Source: [Candidatus Thermochlorobacteriaceae] bacterium GBChlB (GTDB lineage Bacteria > Bacteroidota > Chlorobiia > Chlorobiales > Thermochlorobacteraceae). Taken from it: DNA of 64,000 nucleotides. Position numbers and translations under genes: made by a program. The notes under the pieces are model-generated. The model worked only from the letters and a program-made list of their open reading frames with translations. It had not been told where the DNA came from and did not search any database. Each line of letters begins with the position of its first letter. Position 1 is the first letter of the stretch. The stretch is taken from NCBI GenBank assembly GCA_000724175.1, contig JPGV01000029.1:11379-75378 (forward strand). The letters are read 5' to 3'. Positions 28,185 through 37,010 of the stretch are shown here, in pieces.

Positions 28185-29729
28185 TCAGTGTTGAAAATTA
28201 AATCGATCGACTTCTTGCAGTGCGGCGACAATGCCTTTCTGAATGATGTTATTGAGATGTCGAGCAACCAGAGGGCTGAAATCTTCAAACCCATCAAGGT
28301 TCATTCCCCAAAGGTCTTGATTGACAGCAATGCCTTTTACAAATCGTATCACGTCGCTGAGGTTGTAGGGGTCAATATATTTCCATTGATGAAAAAGAAA
28401 CGGTGCGAAATCATCGTGAATGAGATAAGAGTGAACTTTCCCTTTCGCATTGAGCTGCCCGTAGACGCTTGACCCGACACATTCTACGCCACGACTGAAC
28501 CACAAATATGCCGCAAATCCAAAAAGAATATGCGTCGGAAGATGACCATGCTTTTCGTAGTATTTGCGAATGATGGGTAGAACGCGCGTCTTGAATTTTG
28601 ACGTGTATTGAAAAGTGATGTCATGAAGTTTGTGTCGGAGAAATGGATTGCGAAAACGATTCAGAACTTCGCGGGCGAAATCTTCCTTGTGGTCAATATC
28701 CAAACTCGGTAGAATTTCTTGATAGACGACACGCTCGACAAATGTTCCTAAAAGAGCATCGTTCATCATGTCAAGAACGGTCTCCTTTTCAGCAAGGAAT
28801 GCAACGGCGACTGAAATCGTGTGCGCGCCATTCAAAATGCGCAGTTTGCGCTCGCGATACGGCGTGATGTTTTTTGTGATAATGACGCTGGGAACTGCCT
28901 CTCTAAACGAACATACTTGCTCAACCATTGCGTCGCCTTCAATCGCCCAAAGGCTGTAAAGTTCAGCGCAAATGAGCAAGTTATCGATGTACCCTAATCG
29001 CTGTTGAAGTTCAAGCAGTCGTGGCGTGTCGGGTTTTCCCGGCACAATTCTATCCACGAGCGAATTGCAAAACCGATTGTGTTTCAAAAGCCACTCCGCA
29101 AAGGCATCTCCGAAATTGGCTTTCTCGGAATGTTTCAAAACATAATCACGAAGTTTATCGCCGTTGTTCTCGACGAGTTCAGTGGGAATAATGACAAAGC
29201 CTTTTTCAGGAAATTTCTGAAATCGCTCAAACAAGAATCGAGCGAGTTTGGCAGGAAAAGAGTCGGGCGGAGTGAACCGTGCAGAATCATCGGCATCATA
29301 GACCAAGCCGACTTCGGTCGTGTTGGAGACAATGAGTTCAAGTGTTGGAATCGCGGCGCATTGAAGCACTTGTTGCCAATCATCGGTTGCGGAAATCGCG
29401 CGGCTGATGGAAGCCAGAACGCTGTAACGCTCAGCTGCTTGACCTTCTTCAAGCCCCTGCTCGCAAACGGTGTAAAGTCCCTCTTGATGATTGAGCGCGT
29501 CGCCTTTACCTTTTGCGGTTGATTGCACCACAATCACGCGCCCGTTGAAGATGCCTTGATGATTTGCTTTGTCAATGAAGAAATCCGTAAAACCGCGAAG
29601 CAATACGCCTGAACCAAATTGAATGACTTTTTCAGGCAGGTCAAAAAATTCTTTTTTCGGAACGGCGATGTCGGTTCTTGCTTGAAATGACGGGTTGAGA
29701 GCGAGATTCTTATTTAGCACAACACTCAT
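28185..29729 (-). CDS. uxaB: tagaturonate reductase (altronate oxidoreductase), mannitol dehydrogenase family
   Basis: Start moved to MSVVLNKN (ATG at 29729). Colinear with E. coli UxaB as I recall it: LPEKVIQFGSGVLLRGF, SNTTEVG, FPAKLARFLFERF, IIPTELVENNGDKLR, FCNSLVDRIVPG, ILNGAHT, RFRNPFLRHKL. The track ORF's extra N-terminal MLRRYAPRND.. is translation of a repeat element. Confidence 0.85.
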   Translation of the reverse strand: MSVVLNKNLALNPSFQARTDIAVPKKEFFDLPEKVIQFGSGVLLRGFTDFFIDKANHQGIFNGRVIVVQSTAKGKGDALNHQEGLYTVCEQGLEEGQAAERYSVLASISRAISATDDWQQVLQCAAIPTLELIVSNTTEVGLVYDADDSARFTPPDSFPAKLARFLFERFQKFPEKGFVIIPTELVENNGDKLRDYVLKHSEKANFGDAFAEWLLKHNRFCNSLVDRIVPGKPDTPRLLELQQRLGYIDNLLICAELYSLWAIEGDAMVEQVCSFREAVPSVIITKNITPYRERKLRILNGAHTISVAVAFLAEKETVLDMMNDALLGTFVERVVYQEILPSLDIDHKEDFAREVLNRFRNPFLRHKLHDITFQYTSKFKTRVLPIIRKYYEKHGHLPTHILFGFAAYLWFSRGVECVGSSVYGQLNAKGKVHSYLIHDDFAPFLFHQWKYIDPYNLSDVIRFVKGIAVNQDLWGMNLDGFEDFSPLVARHLNNIIQKGIVAALQEVDRFNFQH

Positions 29730-29759
29730 ACGGAAATAGTTTAAGAGTGAGTAAAAACA

Positions 29760-29835
29760 GTCATTGCGAGGAGCGTAGCGACGAAGCAATCTCCAACGCT
29801 TCTTTTGGGGATTGCTTCGCTACGCTCGCAATGAC
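29760..29835. repeat. palindromic intergenic repeat element ('..RYAPRND../..EATKQS..' type)
   Basis: Left arm GTCATTGCGAGGAGCGTAGCGACGAAGCAATC (29760-29791). Right arm GATTGCTTCGCTACGCTCGCAATGAC (29810-29835). The arms are reverse complements apart from two 3-nt bulges in the left arm, with an 18-nt loop. Lies between the GH28 stop and the uxaB start. Confidence 0.8.
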
Positions 29836-29866
29836 AATACATTATCATTCTCACTCGATTTTGGTA

Positions 29867-31453
29867 TCACTTGTTTATCAAATTTGCTTGTTGCAAAAAT
29901 TGGTTTTTCAGAAAGTTTTTAGGCAAGAGCCACGCATTTTTTGCATCTAAAAAATTATTCATCAAGAGCGACAGCCTGCCGCTAAACGCGCCGTCGGCTT
30001 TTAGAAACGTCGCCGTATTCGGGAGCGCGGTTGAGTTTCTGATGAGGCAATCGCCCGAATCTATCAGTAAAATCACGGGGAGCGAGCCATCATCTTTTGC
30101 CTGTCGACCGGTGAAATGCTCGATTTGAATATCTCTGACTTTATTCAAGCAAAGCCCGTGTCGGTCGACGACCGTATTTTCGGCAAAGATGCTGACGCCC
30201 TGAACAGCAACCTTCTGAGCGCAGCCAATCGTGATGTGCGCTGGTATAGACGCGAAATCGACGCTGCCTTTGATGTCGCCAAGTTTGCGGTTGCCGCGCG
30301 GCTTTTTGAATGTCGAGACATCAACGCCTTGCGCAACGTGCATTGAGATGCCTTCAAGCGTGAGATGTTCAAGCGGCGCGTCGGGCTGTCCAGCGATGAG
30401 ACAGTTGCCGCGCGTCGTGATGTTGAGATTAGAAAATTTGATGTGGCGAATCTTGCCATACCTGCCGCTCTCTTCTCGCTTCTCGACATCGATGTAAATC
30501 GGGTATTCGGTGGCGTAACGCGAGCGCGTCTCTATCGTGAGATTGCTGAAATCGATATGTTCAAAAACGCCGCCATCTTTCATAAAGAGCGCGACGGCAA
30601 ATCGCGTGTTACGAATAATGCAATTTGAGAAACGACAGTGCGAGATGCGCGTGCCCGACCCAGTGCCGAGTTTGAGCGCGGCATCGTCGGATTCAATGAT
30701 GCAATTTGTAACGACGACATTCTCCGTCGGCTTGTCCTTGCCTTTGTCTCCGCCTACATCGTCGGAGAGGGCGGCATTTCTCGTGCCGTCCGAGACTTTC
30801 AAGCAAATCGCATCGTCGCCTGTCGAGATAAAGCAGTTTGAAATCATCACGTTTGAAGTGGAGGTGATGTCAATGCCGTCGGTGTTAGGCGAGCGCATAT
30901 CGTTGAGAATCGTGATGCCGTCGACAACCACGCGATTGCAACCAATGAGCGCAACGACATGCGCGGGAGAGTTTTGCAATTTCACATCGCGTATTGAGAT
31001 GTCGGTTGCATCTTCCAATAAAATCCACGGTGCCGGTCGGTCGAGCGGATTATACTTTTCGTCCCAAAACGCTTTGCCGTTGCCTTCAATGACGCCTTGT
31101 CCTGTGAGCGAAAAATTTGCAATTCCTGCGCCGTAGAGCAAGTGTTTATGCGCGCTGTCGTAGTCGGCAAGGTTTGCACTGCCCACGAGTTCGCAGCCGG
31201 CTTCGAGATGCACTCTCAAATTGCTTTTAAGAAAGAGTGTGCCTGTAAGAAACTTGCCTGCGGGAATGACAATCGCGCCGCCACCGCGCTTATCGCAAGA
31301 GTCAATCGCCGCTTGAAGAAAGCGTGTGTTGAGCGTTTTGCCGTCGCCTTTTGCGCCGAAGTCGAGCACATTCAGCGAGGGTTTCTGCGCCGAAAGGGTT
31401 GGCGCGAAGAAGCAACAGATGAAAACGCAGAAAGCCGTTTGACGTAAGTTCAT
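29867..31453 (-). CDS. glycoside hydrolase family 28 (polygalacturonase / exo-poly-alpha-galacturonosidase), Sec signal
   Basis: 528 aa. Signal MNLRQTAFCVFICCFFAPTLSAQ. GH28 motifs SPNTDGIDI and TGDDAICLK, with parallel beta-helix repeat character. Confidence 0.85.
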   Translation of the reverse strand: MNLRQTAFCVFICCFFAPTLSAQKPSLNVLDFGAKGDGKTLNTRFLQAAIDSCDKRGGGAIVIPAGKFLTGTLFLKSNLRVHLEAGCELVGSANLADYDSAHKHLLYGAGIANFSLTGQGVIEGNGKAFWDEKYNPLDRPAPWILLEDATDISIRDVKLQNSPAHVVALIGCNRVVVDGITILNDMRSPNTDGIDITSTSNVMISNCFISTGDDAICLKVSDGTRNAALSDDVGGDKGKDKPTENVVVTNCIIESDDAALKLGTGSGTRISHCRFSNCIIRNTRFAVALFMKDGGVFEHIDFSNLTIETRSRYATEYPIYIDVEKREESGRYGKIRHIKFSNLNITTRGNCLIAGQPDAPLEHLTLEGISMHVAQGVDVSTFKKPRGNRKLGDIKGSVDFASIPAHITIGCAQKVAVQGVSIFAENTVVDRHGLCLNKVRDIQIEHFTGRQAKDDGSLPVILLIDSGDCLIRNSTALPNTATFLKADGAFSGRLSLLMNNFLDAKNAWLLPKNFLKNQFLQQANLINK

Positions 31454-32676
31454 TTGTTTAGTTTTAGTTTTTCCATTTCTTTTTCATCGACCTCTAATCC
31501 GAGTCCTTCGCTCTGAGGCACGAACAAAAATCCGTCTTCGAATTTGAGCGCGCTTTTGAAGAGACCGCCGAGTTTCATCTCTGGTCTCATTCCCGAAAAC
31601 TCTTGCACCTTTGCGGCATTGGTTATCGAGGCGACCAAATTGAGCGTTGCCGCCGTTGCCAGCGTCGGGCGCGTGTTGTGCGTCATTACTTCTTTCTCGA
31701 ATGCTTCACCCATTGAAGCGATTTTTTTGCACTCCGAAATGCCGCCGCACTTTATCACATCAAGATTTAAGCAGTCAGGATTGCCGATGGTGATGAGGTC
31801 GCGGAATTGCCACTTGTTGTATTCATGTTCGCCCGCATTCACCTCGCACGGCAACGCCTCGACGACTTGCCGCAAGCCGCGATAATCCATACTTGATACA
31901 GGTTCTTCAACCACTTTGATATTGAAATGCTCATAGAGTTTGAGCCCAAGTTCTATGGCTTTGCCGGCGGTGTAGCCGTTGTTAAAATCCACGAAGAGTT
32001 CAATCTCATCGCCGACGGCTTTGCGAATGGCTTTGATGCAGTCGTAGGTGAAGTTGAACGGCGGATTGCGGTCACGGTCGTAGAGTTGCATTCGCGCTTT
32101 GATGGTTTTGTAGCCTTGCTCGACGAACTTCATTCCTTCCGCCGCCATTTCGTCAGGCGTTTTGAACCCGCCTTTTTTGCGTCGACCGTAGCTGCCATAC
32201 ACCGCGACTTTCTCGACTTTACTGCCGCCCAAGAGTTGATGCACGGGCATTTTGAGCAAGCGACCTTTCAAATCCCAGAGCGCGTTATCGATGCCTGCCA
32301 GCGCGCCCGGCACAAAGCCTGTGTTGCCGCCCTCAAATCCTTCAAAGAAGCAATCCTTCCAGAGATGTTCAGAGTTGAACGGATTTTCGCCGATAAGACG
32401 CGGCTTGAAAATTTGCTCTACGATGGTTGCATTGATTGCCGTGAATTCGTGGTCGCCTTCGCCCCAGCCTGAAATGCCCGCGTCCGTTTCAATTTTGACG
32501 AAGGTGGCTTTTTGAAGCGCATATACTTTGACGTTGGTAATTTTCGCGCCTGATTTCACATCGCCCGCCTCTGCTTGATTTTCCTTGCGTTCACGGGCGA
32601 CTGTCGTTTCAGAGAACGTTGTGCCGAGCGCGCCGAGCGCGGCGGTTTTGATAAACTGTCGTCGATTGAAAGTCAT
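31450..32676 (-). CDS. enolase-superfamily (mandelate racemase/muconate lactonizing) enzyme with twin-arginine signal peptide
   Basis: 408 aa. Tat motif MTFNRRQFIKTAALGALG. Barrel motifs ALWDLKG, LLGG, candidate metal ligands in LFVDFNNGY / VVEEPV / NAGEHEY, then LDVIKCGGISE. Confidence 0.8.
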   Translation of the reverse strand: MTFNRRQFIKTAALGALGTTFSETTVARERKENQAEAGDVKSGAKITNVKVYALQKATFVKIETDAGISGWGEGDHEFTAINATIVEQIFKPRLIGENPFNSEHLWKDCFFEGFEGGNTGFVPGALAGIDNALWDLKGRLLKMPVHQLLGGSKVEKVAVYGSYGRRKKGGFKTPDEMAAEGMKFVEQGYKTIKARMQLYDRDRNPPFNFTYDCIKAIRKAVGDEIELFVDFNNGYTAGKAIELGLKLYEHFNIKVVEEPVSSMDYRGLRQVVEALPCEVNAGEHEYNKWQFRDLITIGNPDCLNLDVIKCGGISECKKIASMGEAFEKEVMTHNTRPTLATAATLNLVASITNAAKVQEFSGMRPEMKLGGLFKSALKFEDGFLFVPQSEGLGLEVDEKEMEKLKLNK

Positions 32677-33968
32677 TGCTCAATGATGAGTTTGCGTTCT
32701 TCAAGCCGCTTGATGTCTTTTTGATAAATCGCCCTCACGGTTTCAAAAAACTCTTTTGCAAGCGCAGCATAGTTACGTCGATTAACGGCATCGACTTCCG
32801 ATTTTAATTTTTTCGGTATGACATCTTTGCCCTTCATTGCGCAGAGCAAACTTGTGGCGACGGCGGCAATGGTTTCTGCATCGCGCCCGTAGAAAATTCC
32901 CGCTTTGAGCGTTTTGAAATAATCGCCGTTTCCATATTTGAGCGCGGCGAGCGCAATCGGCACGTTTTCAATCGTGGCAATGCGAGACGGGCGACCGATG
33001 TTTGTGCCTTCGCGCAACATTTTTGGAGTCTCGATATTCTTTTGCTTCAAGAGAGCAGGAGAAAGTTGGAGATAAGGAAGAACTGCCTCACGCGTTTTAG
33101 CGGAAAACTGCTCAAAGGAATCATTCGTATCGATGGCGGCAATGACATCTTGCAGAGAAAGTCGAACGCCATCTTTGGCGACGCGAAGTGCGGTTTCAAG
33201 AATAGAGTTAATCGTACTGTTTTTGCGGAAGGCTTCGGCGAAAGCGGCGGCGTTCATTCCGGCGCACTCTACGCCGTAAGATTCGGTGTGCGCCATCGCA
33301 ATCGAGGTCGCTTCATCGTAAGCCCCAAACGCATCGCCCGCATTGACCGCGCCGACAGGCATCATAATGCCTTGAAAGCCCTCGTTAATCCAGTTGCCCA
33401 TTCCCGCATAGCGCGGCTCAATGTTATTGATGACCAATCGCTGATACACATATCGTTCAGGTTGCCACAGCGGACGCTCAAACGGCGTCATCATTTCGCC
33501 TTTCTCGGCAATCCAAACTTTTTTCCCGGTGATTTCTTTGATGTAAAACTCGGCGTAATCGTTGGCATCGAGATGGTCTTGGTGGCGCAAGTAACAGCCG
33601 ATTAAGGCTTCAAGGTTGAGCGTGTCGTCAGTGGTTCTGCCGTCGCCTTTGCCTTGTTTTTTTTCGATGTCCGATTTTTTCGTCGTCGGCAAAAAATTGT
33701 TGAAGTCCCAATTTCCGAACTGCGCGAGCGTTTGTTCAGGCAGGTTGTTTTCGACCGAGCCGCCCATTGCATCGGCAATGACGAAAGCGTAAAGTGCTTC
33801 TTCGATTTTTTCTTGAAGCAACGGCGATTGCGCAACGGCGTGCGCGCGAGTTGATGGTGTTGAAACGAAGAGACCCGCTGTGCCGAGCGAAAGCGTCTTC
33901 AAAAAATGTCGGCGCGAGTTGTTTTGAGTGTTGTTCATCATCGTGAGCGAGTTTGAGTTATTCCACAT
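32673..33968 (-). CDS. ADP-ribosylglycohydrolase (ARH/DraG) fold protein with twin-arginine signal peptide
   Basis: 431 aa. Tat motif NSRRHFLKTLSLGTAGLFV...AHA. ARH-family boxes FVIADAMGGSVEN, GRTTDDT and a C-terminal YGRDAETIAAVATSLLCAMKG. Family assigned by motif pattern only. Confidence 0.65.
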   Translation of the reverse strand: MWNNSNSLTMMNNTQNNSRRHFLKTLSLGTAGLFVSTPSTRAHAVAQSPLLQEKIEEALYAFVIADAMGGSVENNLPEQTLAQFGNWDFNNFLPTTKKSDIEKKQGKGDGRTTDDTLNLEALIGCYLRHQDHLDANDYAEFYIKEITGKKVWIAEKGEMMTPFERPLWQPERYVYQRLVINNIEPRYAGMGNWINEGFQGIMMPVGAVNAGDAFGAYDEATSIAMAHTESYGVECAGMNAAAFAEAFRKNSTINSILETALRVAKDGVRLSLQDVIAAIDTNDSFEQFSAKTREAVLPYLQLSPALLKQKNIETPKMLREGTNIGRPSRIATIENVPIALAALKYGNGDYFKTLKAGIFYGRDAETIAAVATSLLCAMKGKDVIPKKLKSEVDAVNRRNYAALAKEFFETVRAIYQKDIKRLEERKLIIEQ

Positions 33969-35277
33969 CTACAAGTTGCATTTTGGGAATGATGAGATGA
34001 AAGAGCAAGAGCGCGACGAGATACGCCGAGCCGGCAATGATGAAAATCGGCACATAACTGCCTGTCGCATCGAGAATGTACCCGACCAATTTTGCAATGA
34101 ACATTCCGCCGACCGCGCCCGCCATTCCGCCAATGCCGACGACCGAGCCGACCGCTTGTTTCGGAAACATATCCGAGACGGTCGTAAATAAATTCGCTGA
34201 CCAGCCTTGATGCGCCGCCGCCGCAAGCGAAATCAATCCGACCGCGACCCACAAGCTCGATGCTTGCGCCGCGAAGAACATCGGCACAACGCACAGCGCG
34301 CAAACCAGCATCGCAGTTTTGCGACTAAAATTGACCGTTTGTCCATTTGCCATTAACATCGATGAAATCCAGCCGCCGCCGATGCTGCCGATGCTTGCGG
34401 CGAGATAAACGGCAACGAGCGGTAATCCCATCGCCTTCAAATCCAAGCCATGTTGTTTGCTTAAAAAATCGGGAAGCCAAAAGAGATACACCCACCAAAT
34501 TGGGTCGGTGAGAAACTTTGCGAGAGAAAACGCCCAAGTCTCTTTGTGTGGAAAAAGCAACGCCCATTTGACGCTTTGAGAAGCACCATCGGCATCGCTT
34601 TGAATGTAAGCAAGTTCCGAAGGCGAACAGCGTGCGTGCGCTTCGGGCTTTTGATACATCAGCCACCACGCCACCAGCCAAACAAACCCCAACGCGCCTG
34701 TGATGATAAACGCCCACTCCCAGCCCATTGAGGAGACAATTAGCGGAACGAGAATCGGTGTGGAAAGAGCGGCGATATTCGTGCCTGAATTGAAAATCCC
34801 GGTTGCCAGCGCACGCTCTTTTTTTGGAAACCACTCCGCAACAGTTTTTATTGAAGCCGGAAAATTTGCCGCCTCGCCAAAGCCTAAGACGAATCGCGCG
34901 ATGCTGAATCCCACAACGCTACGCGCAAATGCGTGACCAATCGCAGCAACGCTCCAAACCACCACCGCAAGCGCGAAAGCAAGCCGAGTTCCAAGTTTAT
35001 CAATAACCGCGCCGACGCTGACCAGACCAAGCGCGTAAGCGACTTGAAACGCAAAGACAATGTTGCTGTAATCAATTTCGCTCCACCCCAATTCGGTTTG
35101 AAGCAAGGGTTTGAGAATGCCGATAATTTGTCGGTCGACATAGTTGATGGTGGTTGCGAAAAAGAGCAAGCCGCAAATTGTCCATCGATAGTTGCTGCGC
35201 AAGTTGTCTTGTCGGTCTATGAGCGGCTCTTGCGCTGCCGCGTCGTCTCTGAATTTTGTCTCTGTCATTGCCGCCAT
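33958..35277 (-). CDS. exuT: MFS hexuronate transporter (ACS family, ExuT-like)
   Basis: 439 aa. INYVDRQIIGILKP, AEWFPKKERALATGIFNSGTNI, WEWAFIITGALGFVW..WW.MYQKP. Colinear with the E. coli ExuT pattern as recalled. Confidence 0.8.
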   Translation of the reverse strand: MAAMTETKFRDDAAAQEPLIDRQDNLRSNYRWTICGLLFFATTINYVDRQIIGILKPLLQTELGWSEIDYSNIVFAFQVAYALGLVSVGAVIDKLGTRLAFALAVVVWSVAAIGHAFARSVVGFSIARFVLGFGEAANFPASIKTVAEWFPKKERALATGIFNSGTNIAALSTPILVPLIVSSMGWEWAFIITGALGFVWLVAWWLMYQKPEAHARCSPSELAYIQSDADGASQSVKWALLFPHKETWAFSLAKFLTDPIWWVYLFWLPDFLSKQHGLDLKAMGLPLVAVYLAASIGSIGGGWISSMLMANGQTVNFSRKTAMLVCALCVVPMFFAAQASSLWVAVGLISLAAAAHQGWSANLFTTVSDMFPKQAVGSVVGIGGMAGAVGGMFIAKLVGYILDATGSYVPIFIIAGSAYLVALLLFHLIIPKMQLVDVE

Positions 35278-35321
35278 ACGTCGAGTGTAGTTTAGTATTG
35301 TGAAATCAGTGTTATAGAATT

Positions 35322-37010
35322 TTATGCTCTGCCGAGTTGCGCCGTCAAGAGCGCCAGCCCGATAATCCCAATCACGGCAAGCGTTCCCAAAGCGAACCCC
35401 TGCACATCGACGCGATAACGTTTCAGACTGAAGGTTTTGCTTAGCGACAACAAATCGACCAAGAGCAATCCGTGACCGTTGTCTTCGAGCGATTCTGTTT
35501 TGACCGCATTCGTCGCCGCAACCGAATCGCCCGCCAGCATCACTGCAATGCCTGCTTCTTTGAGTTTGTATTCTTCGCCGACGGGCGTGTGCAAGAGCGT
35601 GTAAAAATCGTTGAGTTTTTTTTCGGATTCAGGTTTTGTCAAGAGACTTGCCGCAATGAGCGAGAGAAACCCAAGCGGCAGGTAAAGCGCAGCTTGATAC
35701 TCTAACGACCACTCCATCGCGCCGGTGATGAACGATGCGCTCGCGGTTACAATCACCGACACCCACGCGCCGACCGCGTTGGCGCGTCGCCAAATCACGC
35801 CCATCCAAAATGCAATGCCCAAGAATGCCATAATTTTCCAAACGAGTTTCAAGCCCTCGACCACCGACGGAATGAGCAAGGCGACCGTTACGCCGAGCGC
35901 GACAATGCCGACCGAACTCAGGCGCGCCACACGGAGCGACTCCGATTCGGATAACTCTTGGTTGAAAAATTTTTGATAGAAATTTCGCGTGAAGAGCGCG
36001 GAGCCGGCAATCATATACGCATCGCACGCTGAGACGACCGCCGCGACCATTGCGGCAATCATTAGCCCGGTAAAACCAACGGGCAAGAGCCGTTGCACCG
36101 CCGCGCCGAAGGCTTGTTCTCGATTCGGAAGCTCCGAAAAAATCGCCGCAAGCAAGACGCCCGTGAACGCCCAACCCAGCGTTGCAAAGCGTTTGATGAA
36201 CGTGCCGAACGTCCAGCCGCTTCGACAACTTTCTTCGGTTTTGCCCGCGCCGTTGATTGCCATGTGGTGCGGATAGACGACAATTCCAACCAGCCCGTTG
36301 ATGACGGACATCACGATAAAGAACAGCGTTACTTCGTTTGGCGCAACGAGGCTGAACATTTCGTCAGGCAATTTTTCGCGCACTGCCGCCAAGCCGCCCG
36401 CCGCCGACAGCGCAAAGGGAATGAGCAAAAATGACAACACGAGAATCAATAGCCCTTGAACAAGTTTTGTGCCTGCCGACGCCGCCAAGCCGCCGACCAA
36501 ACTATACGATAAAAAAAATGCCACCATCAGCGCGACCGTTGCTTCTGTCGTGATTGCGCCGTTGGTGATTGCCGAAATCGTAACGCCCGTGCCTTTGAGG
36601 ATAATCCCGATTTCAACCGCGAAGTAACACAGTCCCGCAACCGCGTATGCCGCCGACATTGAGACGCTGTAACGCTGCTCGAAAAAATCGCCGATGGTGA
36701 TGTATCGAAGGCGTCGATAAATCGGCGCGATAATCCAAAAAAACGGCGTGGCGAAAATGTAGAGCCATTGATACCAAATGCCCGCAAGCCCGACTTGATA
36801 CGACGCGCCGACGACCGCCACCACTTGGTCGGTTCGCGTTCCCGCGCCGAAGGCTTGCGCAACCATCATTATTTTTCCAAAACTGCGTCCGCCCATAAAG
36901 TAATCGCCGCTCGATTTCACCGCGCTCTTCGCTCTTAGCCCGACATAAATCGTGATGCCGAAATACGCCGCAATGATGACAACATCGATTGGATTCAATC
37001 CGAACATCAT
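35322..37010 (-). CDS. sodium:solute symporter family (SSF) transporter
   Basis: 562 aa with about 13-14 hydrophobic helices. DYFMGGRSFG near the N-terminus is typical of SSF. Substrate unknown. Confidence 0.8.
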   Translation of the reverse strand: MMFGLNPIDVVIIAAYFGITIYVGLRAKSAVKSSGDYFMGGRSFGKIMMVAQAFGAGTRTDQVVAVVGASYQVGLAGIWYQWLYIFATPFFWIIAPIYRRLRYITIGDFFEQRYSVSMSAAYAVAGLCYFAVEIGIILKGTGVTISAITNGAITTEATVALMVAFFLSYSLVGGLAASAGTKLVQGLLILVLSFLLIPFALSAAGGLAAVREKLPDEMFSLVAPNEVTLFFIVMSVINGLVGIVVYPHHMAINGAGKTEESCRSGWTFGTFIKRFATLGWAFTGVLLAAIFSELPNREQAFGAAVQRLLPVGFTGLMIAAMVAAVVSACDAYMIAGSALFTRNFYQKFFNQELSESESLRVARLSSVGIVALGVTVALLIPSVVEGLKLVWKIMAFLGIAFWMGVIWRRANAVGAWVSVIVTASASFITGAMEWSLEYQAALYLPLGFLSLIAASLLTKPESEKKLNDFYTLLHTPVGEEYKLKEAGIAVMLAGDSVAATNAVKTESLEDNGHGLLLVDLLSLSKTFSLKRYRVDVQGFALGTLAVIGIIGLALLTAQLGRA

